A stretch of DNA of 64,000 bases, taken from the NCBI RefSeq assembly GCF_006345805.1, contig NC_043008.1:36766001-36830000 (forward strand). The letters run 5' to 3'. Below, piece after piece: positions 37,012 to 50,235 of the stretch. The notes beneath the pieces are model-generated. The model was given only the letters and a program-made list of their open reading frames with translations, made no database searches and was not told where the DNA came from. The stretch's first letter is position 1; each line of letters begins with the position of its first letter. The stretch is from Octopus sinensis. Lineage: Eukaryota. A program made the translations under genes and the position numbers.

Positions 37012-37526
37012 TCATATATGCACAACAGATTAGACTGTCGGAAAAAGAATTCCTAACATCGAACTATAACAAGTAACCTTAGATACCAAGAACCTTCCTA
37101 AGTATCCAAGCTGTCCTTAATAATACTGTTTTCTGCAGCTGCACTAAACTAGGTTTTCCACCTATTTCCTTTGTCTACAAGGTCAAATTTTTAGGGATAT
37201 TTCCTAATGTACCTATAACTACAGGGATACATTTTACTCGCACTTTCTATCACCTCTGTAACTCAATGGCTCAGTCCTGATATTCTGCTATTTTCTCTAT
37301 ACTTCCCATATCAACTTTCTTATCATTTGAGACTTTAAAATCAATTCCCCGGTGCTTTCTATTTTTTTTGTCCACTACCACTTCTAGCTTCTGTTACTCT
37401 GTCAGTCTGAATGTTAAAAATCCCACATCCTAAATATCTTACTTCATAGCACTTTACAAGGTTCATGTTCACAACACTTATCAGTATGGTCAAATTTTAG
37501 CTTTCTACATCGCTCAGTGGATTATC
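37012..37526 (-). mobile_element. 5'-truncated R4/Dong element (RLE domain, 3' UTR, (AAT)n tail at about 36951-37011)
   Basis: Minus strand gives RKLKFDHTDKCCEHEP, IELQR..KVRVKCIPVVIGTLGNIPKNL and LVQLQKTVLLRTAWILRKVLGI*. Confidence 0.8.
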
Positions 37527-37539
37527 CCCCATAGGGGAT

Positions 37540-37807
37540 AATCAACTACATCCTCCCCCAAAATTTCAGATCTTGTGCCCATAGTAGAAGAGGATTTTTA
37601 TTATTATAAATTGGAGCACCTACTCTTTTGTTTTCTGTGGAAGGGATGCATTCCACTGGTTAGGCACTCTCTTTGCTGTCAACACCGGCTAAATGGGGGG
37701 CTGGGTATATCGTGGCTATTGATGTGCAGACATGTGCTCAGGCTGCAGTATCTTCAGCAATTCCTGGATGGTGAGCGGGTGTGGTTACCATTTGTCAGAT
37801 GCAATTT
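37540..37807 (+). repeat. 268-bp direct duplication of 38857-39124 (SINE-B tail plus start of the L1/Tx1 fragment)
   Basis: Near-identical sequence, offset 1317 bp. The ORFs at 37575 and 38892 are near-identical. Confidence 0.95.
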
Positions 37808-37820
37808 GTCATATCATTTC

Positions 37821-38504
37821 AAGGCTAATGCAGTTTTGTACCTCTCCTTGAAAAATTAATTGTTTTGTAAAATTTTTTTCAGATTCCTACATTTTAGATG
37901 TCAGAGATTATGAATATGCAAAAAAAATTTTTTTTTAATTTCGACCCCCACCCCACCTCCAATTTTAAACTTTTGATTTTGTTTACTTTAAAGAGATCGT
38001 AGCAAATTGACGAACATGCAAATCGAAATTAAATCCAGACAAAAACATTGAAGTGACGAGAATTTGCATTTTACTTGTGTAAATAAGAATTTAATGTAAA
38101 TTAAACACACCATTTTATGAGAAACAAACATTGATGTTTAATAATTAATGTTATAAAGTTTAAATGTCGCGGTCCTATAGAAGACAGTGTTACTGTTGTT
38201 TTTAACCCCAGGAAGACATTCATATCTATCTATCTATCTATCTCTTTATACACATATTGATATGGTTATTGAATTAAAAATTTTGAAAACGTGGTTTCTT
38301 GCATATTTGGAATCTCCAGCATCTAAAACATAAGGGGAAAAAAATTTTGAAAATGTTCAAAATTTTAAGGTGGTGATGGGGGGGGGGGGGTTAAAAATTT
38401 TGGGGGTATATTCATAATCTCCGACATCTAAAATGTTGGAATCCCGAAAAATTTTTTCAAAGAAATGCATTTTTCAAGGAGAGGTGTGAAACTGCATTAA
38501 CCCT
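37821..38504. mobile_element. MITE with ~130-bp imperfect TIRs and a 6-8-bp TSD
   Basis: Left aaggctaatgcagttttgtacctctccttgaaaaat..; right reverse complement agggttaatgcagtttcacacctctccttgaaaaat... Flanks atcatttc (37813-20) and gtcatttc (38505-12). Confidence 0.85.
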
Positions 38505-38925
38505 GTCATTTCTTGTATTCTTTTCATGCCAGCATGCTACATTCACTAACTATATGAGTAACACTTTCCTACTTCACATAATCATTTTTTGGGAATCTAC
38601 CTGAATTTTGTCTATTTTGGCTTTTTTCCAATTAGTCCTCAATGCTTGATCATGTGCTGCAACTAACACACTTTCTGTCTTATCATTATTGTTGTTGTTG
38701 ATGTTTTTAGCATTTGTTTATGGTGGGCAGCTGACAAACTTGTTAGAATGCTGGGCAAAGTGCTTGGTGGCATTTTATCTGTGTGCATGATCTGAGTTCA
38801 AGTTCTGCTGAGGTCAGCTTTACCTTTCAAGTAATAGTTGAGCACTGGTTTGATGTAATCAACTACATCCTACCCCAAAATTTCAGGTCTTGTGCCCATA
38901 GTAGAAGAGGATTTTTATTATTATA

Positions 38926-39845
38926 AACTGGAGCACCTACTCTTTTGCTTTCTGTGGAAGGGATGCATTCCACTGGTCAGGCACTCTCTTTGCTGTCAAC
39001 ACCTGCTAAATGGGGGGCTGGGTATGTTGTGGCTATTGATGTGTAGACGTGTGCTCAGGCTGCAGTATCTTCAGCATTTCCTGAATGGTGAGCAGGTGTG
39101 GTTACCATTTGTCAGATGCAATTTCCCACAGCTGCAATCCTAGATCAAATGTAGACTGAGCCAGGCACTCACACTCTTCTGCCAGTCAGGCAATGCGGTT
39201 GGTGAAAGTTCCACTGTGGCTTTCTATAGAGGGTTAGTGGCAGGTAAGTGCGATGACATTCTTGTGGGTATTCTGGGTGTTGACAAGAATGAGTTGGCTG
39301 GTTTGTTCTGAAGAACTCTCAGCTCAGAGCCTATGGATAATTTCCAGTAATCCTTGTCCTGGCAGTGCTACTGTGGGGCACTGCTGGTTTGAGATAAACT
39401 CTACAGGTATGGAAGTGCAGTCAACTTTGCTTGCCCAAGATGTATGCAGAGTGATGAAACCTATCTGCATGCTCTTGTCCAGTGTTTGAGTATTTCTGAC
39501 TTGTGGGTTTATATTGAACACCTGCTGTCTCATGTGGGATGTATCCAGCTATTGAGTGAGTCCATTGTGAAGATTGTTCTACTGCCTTCCTTTGGCTGGG
39601 AAGGATAGGCTGCTTTTCTTTGCCTGATAACCTTACTGAAAGAGGTTATGTGGTGGACCAAACTGAAAGGGCTGAAGACAGACACTTTCTTCTTTCACCA
39701 AGATCTCATCAACTTTTTCGAGTTTCACTTGAAATGGAAAGTGAGAGTGAAGGAAGTTCTGCTCCTCAACAATTTTATTAAAAGGTGGGTGAATGTCGCA
39801 AGAATGGCCTGAGTGAATTGGCCTATTCTAAGCATATGCCTGTAG
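38926..39845 (+). mobile_element. L1/Tx1-clade LINE 3' ORF2 fragment
   Basis: LFCFLWKGCIPLVRHSLCCQHLLNGGLG (FLW..GGLG motif) and a CCHC knuckle CPRCMQSDETYLHALVQC. Confidence 0.82.
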
Positions 39846-40753
39846 AGAAAATTGAGAGGGTACTTGCCGTAGCAGTCAGGACTGTGGTGGATTTCTGAGG
39901 TCTCCACGAGTGGTCCTAGGAGGTGCCCCTCTCTTGGGAAATTTTGTTGTTATAATCAATTGTTCTTCATTGTTTACACAACTTTCATGTGACCCCACAT
40001 TCTAGTTTTTCCTATGCTGTCCATAACCTTTTTAATGTAAACCCTATCTACAGATACTGGAGGTCAGTGTCTGCTCCAAATACATAAGTGAAGAGAGAAC
40101 CAGTAGGTAGGAATGCTCCTTGTGAGTCTTGACCCAGCAGACCTGTGATCAAAGGAGTTCCAACCATGACCAGCTCCTCTGTTTGTATGACAGGAACTAC
40201 ATTACCCGTTGAAACCAGTCTTTTCCTCTTTTTTTTTTCTATTTTTCCTTTCTTTTTTTTTGAATGAAGGTTGTGCATGATTTGAAGGAGAACCGATTAC
40301 TATCTCTAGTGAGTCCATTTATCATGAAAATGTTCCCTTCTTGGTTCAGAGTTGTTGTTGACAACATCACGATGATGATGATGATGATAGTGGTGATTGT
40401 GATGAAGCTGATGATGACACTGATGATGGTGATGAGGATGGTGGTGATCATGATACTGATTATTATGATGGTGGTGGTGGCGTGATAATGCTGATCATGA
40501 CGATGACAACACTGATGGGAATGATGACGGTGATGATGACATTCTTAGAGTCGTTATCATCACCAATCTAGAACCCTTGTTATCATCACGGCAGTCTTAG
40601 AATATATATTATTTTCACCTAAAATCAATAGATAATAGAATAATTATTCATTTTCTCTTGTTGTTGTTGTTATTGTTGTTTATGTTGGTGGTGTATGCAA
40701 TCATATACATCATATGTGTATGTATATATATATGTGTGTGTGTATGTGTGTGT

Positions 40754-40867
40754 GTGTGCGTGTGGATGCCTGGTGTGCGTGTGGATGCCTGGTGTGCGTG
40801 TGGATGCCTGGTGTGCGTGTGGATGCCTGGTGTGCGTGTGGATGCCTGGTGAGTGTGTGGATGCCTG
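40754..40867. repeat. 19-bp minisatellite x6 (gtgtgcgtgtggatgcctg)
   Basis: Directly visible within a (TG)n tract. Confidence 0.95.
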
Positions 40868-41785
40868 TTGTGCTTCTATGTGTGTTTGCATCTGTGTGTG
40901 GTGTGTGTGTGTGTGTACAGACAAGTGGAAAAGTACTCTGTACAACTTTGCAATCAGCTATTAATGTGTGTGTTTGTGTGTGTATTTATATGTGTGTATG
41001 TGTAGGAAGTTTAAGTGTACACAATCATCCCACATATACACATATATATAATTACATATGTATGATTGTGTGTATGTGAGCCTTTGCTTGGTTCACCTGT
41101 CCTATTGGCAAGTGTTGTTTTTAGTCCTGCTGGGTTTCTGGCAACGCTCATCACCAGGCAAGGCTAGTCAGAGGGTCAGTTTAGTCACCAACACCTTGAC
41201 CATGCAACAGGTTGTATTGGATTCCATGTTACTAAGTATTACTCACAAGAGGCCTGACACTACATAAACACATACATACATACATGCATACATACATACA
41301 TACATACATGCATACATACATACATAAACACATACATACATACATGCATACATACATACAAAATTCACTGTGCAAGCACAGTGTCCATCGGCTACGCTTG
41401 TGCGGTCAATTTTTTAAAATTATAAGATATAATGATGAGATGTGTTATTTGTTTCTAAATTATATGTTAGTTGTTAAGGCATGGTTATTGATGAGGATTC
41501 GTCTGGTAAATTATTTTTTTTGCTAAAGAAATCTGAAACCTAGGTATAACAGCAAAAAATAACAAGGTGAAAGTTTTTATTTTGCATTCCCTTTGAAAAT
41601 TGCTCTTAAATGTGGTTTTGGTTGTTTTGACTACTTCTTCTAGCATGTAAAAATGACCTGTTAAAGGTAGTTTTCTCTTGTATTTAAATGTACACTATTT
41701 TATATTGATAATATGTTGTCTATTGACTTTTTATACATGCTAGGCCACTGGTGGTGAAATTTCTAAGAATATTCGCTACCCTGTA

Positions 41786-41846
<61 letters not shown>

Positions 41847-41988
41847 GTATATATATATATATATATCTGTAAATTAATATGTTACCATTATACAATAGTC
41901 AAGATAAAACTCTGAGTTTCAGATAAATTTCCTCTATTTACATAATATTGAGGTCTCTTTCTCTTTTTTTGTTATCTTACCGTTTTTA

Positions 41989-42038
<50 letters not shown>

Positions 42039-42039
<1 letters not shown>

Positions 42040-42206
42040 TTTATTTAAAGCAGCAGAAAATTCAACAAAACCTGTTACACTGAGTTTCACGTTCCCGTTC
42101 GTCGGACGGTTTTTGCCAGAATATTCTAGCAAAAACTGTTCGACGAACGGGAACGTGAAACTCAGAGTAACAGGTTTTGTTGAATTTTCTGCTGCTTTAA
42201 ATAAAG
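42039..42206. repeat. 168-bp spacer-less palindrome carrying two opposed hammerhead-like motifs
   Basis: 84-bp arms, centre agaat|attct (42122/42123), 4 mismatches. Confidence 0.95.
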
Positions 42207-42275
42207 CATATTACTTTACCACTGGTATTTGAGTACTCTTTTTTCCACCTTGTTTCACATTTATGTGTTTACTCC

Positions 42276-42311
<36 letters not shown>

Positions 42312-42847
42312 CAGACATACATACATACACGTATGCACATATCCATACATGCACACATGCAATGAGTTTCCATACAATTTCTATCTCCTGGCTTACACTC
42401 AGGAGGCATTAGGTGACCCCAAGGCTACAGTCGAAGTCACATGTCCAAGGTGCCACACAGCGAAACGCTGAAATCAACGTGGTTAAAGTGTAGCCTGTAA
42501 GCTACATGCAGATCTTTGACATTTATTGTGTGGTTTGCGGATAAATGTTAGCTAAGCTACTTCTTTTTGCATTTCAATATTGAAATAAAATGTATGAAAG
42601 CTAATAAATGTAAAATAAAAAGAAAACTGTCTCGTTTTAGAATTATTTAAAACATTAAAACATAAGTTTGATGTTTGTGGTGAGAAAAAATATTATTAAA
42701 GTATTTAAATACGGTGTGTAAAGTTTATTCATGCCTTGTGGCTTTCAAACATCTAAGAGTTTTATCGTACGTGGCTCTTCAGTGAAGCAAGTCTGGCTGT
42801 CCTTGTAATATAACATTAGAAAGGAAAACACACACACACACACACAC

Positions 42848-42904
<57 letters not shown>

Positions 42905-43619
42905 ATTATACATATGTATGTATATAGATGTACAAATATATATATATGTATAGATGTATATGTGTGTGTCTCTGTGTGTGTAGTGTATATATGTATGTAT
43001 AGACATGTACATGTATGTATTTATATATATATCTATATGTGTATGTATATATATATATGTGTGTGTGTATAATAATATGTATGGACCTATAAACATATAC
43101 ATTTATGTGTGTGAGTATAAAAATTCAGATATATTTGTATATATTGGTGTGTGAGTGTGTATGTGTTTGTATGTGTCGTACCATCAGACTTATAATAATA
43201 AAATGCAATAATATAATATATATCACATAATATAAGTAATACACGTAAAGATATAAACATAAAGTGGTCATGTTGTCGAGACGTGAGAAGTAGAAAATAA
43301 TGTTTTTATTGACATATTTTTTTTGTGTATCTCTGATGCACAAATGACCTCTAACCTAAAATGAATATAGATTATAACAGAAGAAATATCATGATATTTA
43401 ATAAAAGCAATACAATACCAATACCACAAATGGTTGAGTGGATAAGTGTACCTGACAACCAAACTTCTGAAGTTAAATGTACGTGGGGCTCTTATGTTCA
43501 GTATGTCTACTTGGCCAATTGAAATTTGTTTTAGTTACAGATATTTTAACAATGTTACTGACATTAGCCAATATCTTCTTCAGATTGGGATTTGGTAGAC
43601 ACAATCTATGTAGTATTCC

Positions 43620-43663
<44 letters not shown>

Positions 43664-43673
43664 GTGTGTGTGT

Positions 43674-43715
<42 letters not shown>

Positions 43716-43769
43716 AATATATACATAAATGTATATGTATACATATGTATTTGCACATATATGTGTGTG

Positions 43770-43890
43770 AAGGCACATGGCTTAGTGGTTAGGGTGTTGC
43801 ACTCACGATCGTGAGATTGTGGATTCGATTCCCAGATCAGGTGTTGCATTGTGTTCTTGAGCAAAGTTCTTCATTTCATGTTGCTCTGCG
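43770..43890 (+). mobile_element. tRNA-derived SINE head (family D/E-like)
   Basis: tggcttagtgg A box and ggattcgattcc B box followed by ttgtgttcttgagc body; not a tRNA cloverleaf. Confidence 0.75.
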
Positions 43891-44082
43891 ATTATTTCGA
43901 CATGTCATGTAGCACCCGTTGCACCTGTAGAGGTATTTCAGCTTCCCACTACCAAATCCACAAATCCACCAACAAGGCTTTGGTTGGCCCAGGGTAGAAG
44001 ACACCCAAAGTGCCACACAGTGTGCCTGAACTAGGGACCATGCAGCTGAGAAGCAAACTTCTTTCCAAACAGCCTTGCCTGC

Positions 44083-44115
<33 letters not shown>

Positions 44116-44890
44116 CATCGTCATTTAATGTCCGCTTTCCATGCTGGTATGAGTTGCTGGTTTGATTGAGATCTGGCAAGCAAAGCAGCTGTACCAGGCT
44201 CCAAGCTGATTTGGCAAGGTTTCTAAAGCTGGATGCCCTTCCTAATGCCAACCACTCTGAGAGTGTTGCAGGTGCGTTTTACATGCCACCAGGACGGGAA
44301 ACAGTCAGGCAGCACTGACATTGGCCATGCTCGAATGGCGTTTTTACATGCCACCAGGACGGGAAACAGTCAGGCAGCACTGACATTGGCCATGCTCGAA
44401 TGGCGGTTTTTACATGCCACCGGCATGGGTGACAGTCAGGCTGCACTGGCATTGGCTGTGCTCGAATGGTGCTTTTTGAGTGCCACCAGCATGATGATGG
44501 TGATTATGATGATGTGAGTGTGTGTGTGTGTGTACGTGTTTGCATGTTTTTCTCTGTATCATGTTTGTGCTTAGACTAGTTTAAAAATTGGTGTTGATTA
44601 TGTTATCCTCTTTTTATAGGTAGACATTTTACAATTTACAAGCAAAGATATATATATATATATTGAAACACTCCTGTCACAACCTGGGACCTTGAAGACT
44701 GCTTAAATGCAAGAAAGTATACTAGTCCCTTAATATTTGATATTCAATATTTCATCTATTCAATAAGACAATCAACACTTCATTTCACTTTACTATATAT
44801 ACTATCTATACTATATATTCTATATTCTACATTAATATTAGAAAGAATATAAATAAAACATAAAACGCAGTCAGAGTTGGAATACCTTTG

Positions 44891-44929
<39 letters not shown>

Positions 44930-46066
44930 AAATTGAAATACATTTTGGGGATAGAGATTCCATAAGATTGCCCAAAACCATTGTAGGATGTGCCCCAGCA
45001 TGACCAGTGAAACAGAAACCAGTGAATAAATAACTGAATAGTAGTCATTGCAGCATTTCATCACCTTCACTTGCTAATGTTCAATACCTCATTAGCTTAA
45101 TATATTACTGGTACTTGTTACTGATAGGAAAAAAAAAATGTTCTGCATAGCAATTGATGATAATCTGAAACTTAACAATTTAAAATTCAATATTTTATGG
45201 CAAAAAAGAAATACATATAAAATGTAGATTAACGGTCTGAAAACATTTTTCTGTCTGTATCTAAATGTAATGGAGAATATATGACTAAATAATGATATAT
45301 ATCTAGGTAAACTTTATTTCACCAACTTTCCTGTTCTGTCTAAAATGAATGGTAAAATCTTCATATTTCCAACTTTAATATATTCTCATAAACATGTAAG
45401 TTTTATAATTTATTTTTAACACTTTGTGCAATAAATAAAGACAATATTGTTATGGAGTGAGTAATTTTATGCTACAGAATTTCAAATCCATGAGCACAAA
45501 ATAATACCATAAAAAATATAAAAAACAGCAAAAAACAGAATAGAACAGAATTTTAGAAGGAGACACATCCGCAACACTTTTCCCCTCAAAGTTTGGTTTG
45601 GATTTCTATTGAAATACATTGCTGTCGTTAAAAAGAAGAATTTGGTAAATAATGATGGATTTAGTGAAAATAACTTTGTCGTTATTAATGTGGCATCAGG
45701 AATATAACATGAAATTCTGATGGATGATTTTAATTTAGGAAGTTTGCATCATAGAACCAGGAGCAGTCTCAGATGGGTTTCTATCAAAACAAAGTAACTC
45801 CGTTTGATACTGCTGTCGTCACCATCACCACCACCACCACCACCACAACAACAACAACAGCAACAACAGCTGCTGTCCAAGAATTTGGACCTGGAGATCT
45901 TCATTTCCAACGACTTCTGAGGGCCACCTCCCAGTGGTGCGGGCGTCAACGAAGAGCCCTTGACTACAAAAAGATGACCAAAGTTTTTCTTTTTTTCCAA
46001 GGTCTGGGGTCTCCTGCTGCTAAGCCCTAGACCATCACCTAATCACCCTTACTCATCTTGTTGCTT

Positions 46067-46097
<31 letters not shown>

Positions 46098-46625
46098 GCA
46101 GCAGCAGCAGCAAACAACTCATTGCCATTAACGGAATATGGCACTACTAACTTTTTGGCCATTTCCTGTAACATTTCCACATTTACATCCGTCTGCACAT
46201 ACCTCAGTATATTACTGGTATCATTTGAGCCTATGCAGCGGCCTCTGCATGGCTACCAGGTTCTAACAACATGTTAGAAATAGCAACTACATCTTGCACA
46301 AATTACACTCTACCATCTTGGAAAAAGAAAAAGCATTGGAACATCTTAACAAAAATAGCAGCTCACAATCAAGAGAAAGCTTGCTCTCACATTCCATCAC
46401 TACTTTCCTTTTATCTCCTTCAGCCAGGTATCTTCTCTGTAGCAAGACACCTGTACTTGTCCCTCTTTAGCCCTTCAAGTCATATAGCCGCTCACCTCCA
46501 CCTTCCCTCTGCCCCCAATACATTTTCTTAGTAGTGAGAGCTTTTTCATCCCTTTCTTCTACTTCCTTTGCTGTTCTTTTCTCTCTGGCAAATTACATGC
46601 CAACCTCACTGGAGCTGGTGACATG

Positions 46626-46925
46626 TTCCTTCTCGAGCCATGCCTGGCCCATAAGGGCCGGTTTCCCGGTTTCCTTGGCGTATAGGTTCCTCACCTGAAC
46701 AGGACACCGGTCTGTTGCAGGTGAGCTGCAAGATGCAGGAGGAAAGAGTGAGAGAAAGTTGTGGCGAAAGAGTCAGAAGAAGTTTTGCCATTACCTTCTG
46801 CTGGAGCCACGTGGAGCTTAGGTGTTTCGCTCACAAACAAACACACACAACCCAGTCTGAGATTCGAACCTGCGATCCCTCGACCGCGAGTCCGATGCTC
46901 TAACTCCTAGGCCATGTGCTTCCAC
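46626..46925 (-). mobile_element. SINE family E with a perfect 13-bp TSD, nested in an RTE-3'-type element
   Basis: agctggtgacatg at 46613-46625 and 46926-46938. Confidence 0.92.
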
Positions 46926-49240
46926 AGCTGGTGACATGAAAAAAATGCACCCAGTACACTCTGTAAAGTGGTTGGTATTAGGAAGGACAGCCAATGATAG
47001 TAACCATGCCAAAGATGGCATTGGAGCTTGGCAGAGCCTTGTGTCTTGCCACTTCCTTGTCATGCCATCCTACCCAATGCAGCATGGTAAGCAGACATGA
47101 AATGATGATGATGATGATGATGATGATTCAACAAGGGAGTCATTCCATAGTTATGCTACCTGCTAGAAATAGCAGCCAAATCTCCTTCAGTTCATATCTC
47201 ACTATATCAAAACAAAAAAAAAAGGAAGGACAGGAAGGCCTCATTGAATAATATGGTCCTAAATATATTATGTCTCGGTAAAGGATAAGATGGTCATGGC
47301 TGAAATGCTTATGGTCATAGATCTGCTGGTTGGGGGCTAAACAACAGCAATAACAATAACAGCTCATGCTTATAATCTGTAAAGAAATCAAGCCAAAATG
47401 TGAGCGTCTAGACAGTCACTGGACCTGCTAGAAGTAGCAGCTAAATCTTTCTCAGATTATGATTATACTCTTTATACCCAAGTCTTTTGATGCTCACCCA
47501 CCTGAGACCACACCTGGTTTTATGGTACCAACTTCCTATTTTAGAGTGATCATCATCATCCTCATCATCACTATCATCGTCTTCGTTTAATGTCCACTTA
47601 CCATGCTGGCATGGGTTGGACAGTTTGACATGGAGCTGGCTACCAGGCAGCTGTCCAGACTCCAATAGTCTGTTTCTATAGTTGGATGCCCTTCCTATTG
47701 CCAACCACTTCATAGAGTGTGATGGGTGCATTTTACGTGCCATGGGCATGGATGCATTAATGCAGCACATGGGTGCTTCTCAAGTGGCACCAGCACTTGA
47801 CAGAACAAGCTGTATGTGTGGTAGTACAGCAAATCATCACATCTTCTGGTCCCTTGTTATTTCCTCTGTGAGGCCCAGCATCCAATGATAAAACCTTTCA
47901 GTATCATTTCATTCTGATTTCTCTCCCAAACAAATTAATAATGACAAAATCATCAACGTCATCATCGTTTAACATCTGCTTTCTATGCTAGCATGAGTTG
48001 GATGATTTGACTGAGGACTGGCAAACCAGATGGCTGCACCAGACTCCAGTCTTGATCTGGCAGAGTTTCTACAGCTGGATGCTCTTCCTAACGCCAACCA
48101 CTCCGAGAGTGTAGTGGCTGCTTTTACATGCCACTGGCACGAGGGCCAGTCAAGCAGTACTGGCAACAGCCACGAAAAAGTCGTGTTTTTTTTTTTAAAT
48201 TTATTTATTTATTTAAATTTTTTTTATTTATTCATTTAATTTTATAATCATTTTATTTAATAAAGGAAGAAGTTATTTTTTCATTATTTGATAAAGTAAC
48301 TTTCAAAACAAACTGAAACAAATGACAAGGTATTTCAATAAAAATATGGTAACAAAAGAACACATTAGATAATGTAGTCCTTGATAAACAATGTCACAAA
48401 CCAAACCAAATAAGGCAAAATAAGTATGGTCAAGATGATAAGATTTTGATGGCAAATGTAGACAAACAGGTACTGCCTTTGGACTTCTTATGGCTCCTAC
48501 TTTGCTTTGCTCTCCATGGTAGGGCTCCTTTATCAGTAAAACTCATTACGAGTGGCTTATGAGCTTCAGGAGGTTCACCTTTGCTGCCCTCCCCTCCAAC
48601 GGTGATAACCAATAAATCAGCTGGTACAAGATGTAAATGATAATTCTGCTACTGATCATACTAATTGTGGTGGTGGTGATGATGATACTAATTATGGTGG
48701 TGGTGTGATGATGATGATGATGAGGATGATGAGGATGATAATGACAATGACCATAACAATGCTGATGATGATAATAATGACAAATCAGCTGGTACAAGAT
48801 GGAAATGATAATTCTGCTACTGATCATACTAATTATGATGATGATGATGATGGTGATGAGGATGATGACGATGATGATGATGATAATAATGAGAGTGATT
48901 GTGGTGATTATGATAATGATGATGATGTGATGGTGGTGGCAGTGACAATGACGATGACGGTGACATTGATGGGAATGATGATGACAGTGGTGATGCAGAT
49001 GATAATGACTATTATTATCATTATTGTTGTTATTGCTGTTGTTATCATTGATATTATTAAGATGGTGAGCTGGCAGAATCGTTAGCATGCTGGACAAAAT
49101 GTTTAGCAGCATTTTGTCCATCTTTACGTTCTGAGTTCAAATTTGACCAAGGTCAATAGAATAAGTACCAGTTAAACACTGGAGTTGATGTAATTAACTA
49201 TTCCTCTCCCCTAAACTTGCTGACAACGTGCCAACATTTG

Positions 49241-49306
<66 letters not shown>

Positions 49307-49308
<2 letters not shown>

Positions 49309-49856
49309 GAGTGAGAAAGCAAAGTGACACTGGGGCACAAATATATGAAGCCCAATATACCCATTGTGACTACTCATCTGATAAGGCGGGTACACCAAGC
49401 ACATGCATCACAACCATATGTATGCAACATGGTGACCTCATATCAAGATAAATAGCACATGACCTTGCAAGTGGGGACTAGTTAGAATTTTATGCTGATT
49501 GAGTTGCCCATCCCACTCAAAAGGTCTCTGAATAAGATTTGTTTAAGAATGATGAACAAAATACCCATGTTTCCAGAGATGAATTATTCAAACCCCAAAG
49601 AATTCCTCTCAACACATGGCTATGATACTCCCCCATTACTCTTGCTCATGATCACAGATGCGCATATTGTCAGCCACTAAGGGACATGCTCAGTTGGTTA
49701 AGGTTAAACAACTTACAAGCAAATCTGTGGAATTGAGCAGAATGTTTACTGTAGCCTATCTTTTATTTATACCAAGACAAAACATGTACATGATAACACT
49801 TGTGATCAGTTAAGATCAGAACTCAAGAGAGCCACTGCCTGGTCCCGCATCAGGGC
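49307..49856 (-). mobile_element. Family C element, copy 2, embedded in (TTA)n
   Basis: Reverse complement of 682-1250, with both junctions in TAA/TTA repeats. Confidence 0.8.
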
Positions 49857-50235
49857 ATTATTATTTGGTTTGACTCAGGTTCAATCTTATTATTGATAAG
49901 ATTTATATGGGTAGCAGGTTACTTAGGATATCCTTAGATATCCACAAGTTTTCAGTAGTCTTTCAAGTGCTTAGAACCTTTCTGATAATCCTTGCTGTCC
50001 TTAAGTGACAAACTTTCTGTAGGAACTCTACAGGACATACTATTTCAGTCTCTTTCAGCCATTTGTCTATATCTTTGTTTACTGTTCTCAATGCATCAGT
50101 TATTACAGGCACCACCTTTACTGTTCTCATGCTTTGAATTTCCTATTTCAAACTTTTATGGATTATATTTTCTTTGTTTTTCTTCCTCTTTCTTTACAAT
50201 CAAATGGGCATAATCCACTTCACTTTTCCTTACTC

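Noticed and set aside
43770-43845. tRNA gene (also at 21745 and 46850-46925)
   Set aside because: A/B boxes are present but there is no complete cloverleaf, and the sequence continues into a SINE body.
45773-46030. Possible exon (85-aa ORF; poly-Q/P in another frame)
   Set aside because: No recognisable homology or clean splice sites. It is centred on a microsatellite and may be an old LINE scrap, but I could not assign it.
48186-48610. Possible poly(A)-tailed retrocopy on the minus strand
   Set aside because: An A-rich end is present, but no TSD or recognisable coding sequence could be established.
48614-48834. 53-bp direct repeat flanking a (GAT)n tract (48614-48666 and 48782-48834)
   Set aside because: Most simply a slippage duplication next to a microsatellite; too long for a typical TSD and no element lies between the copies.
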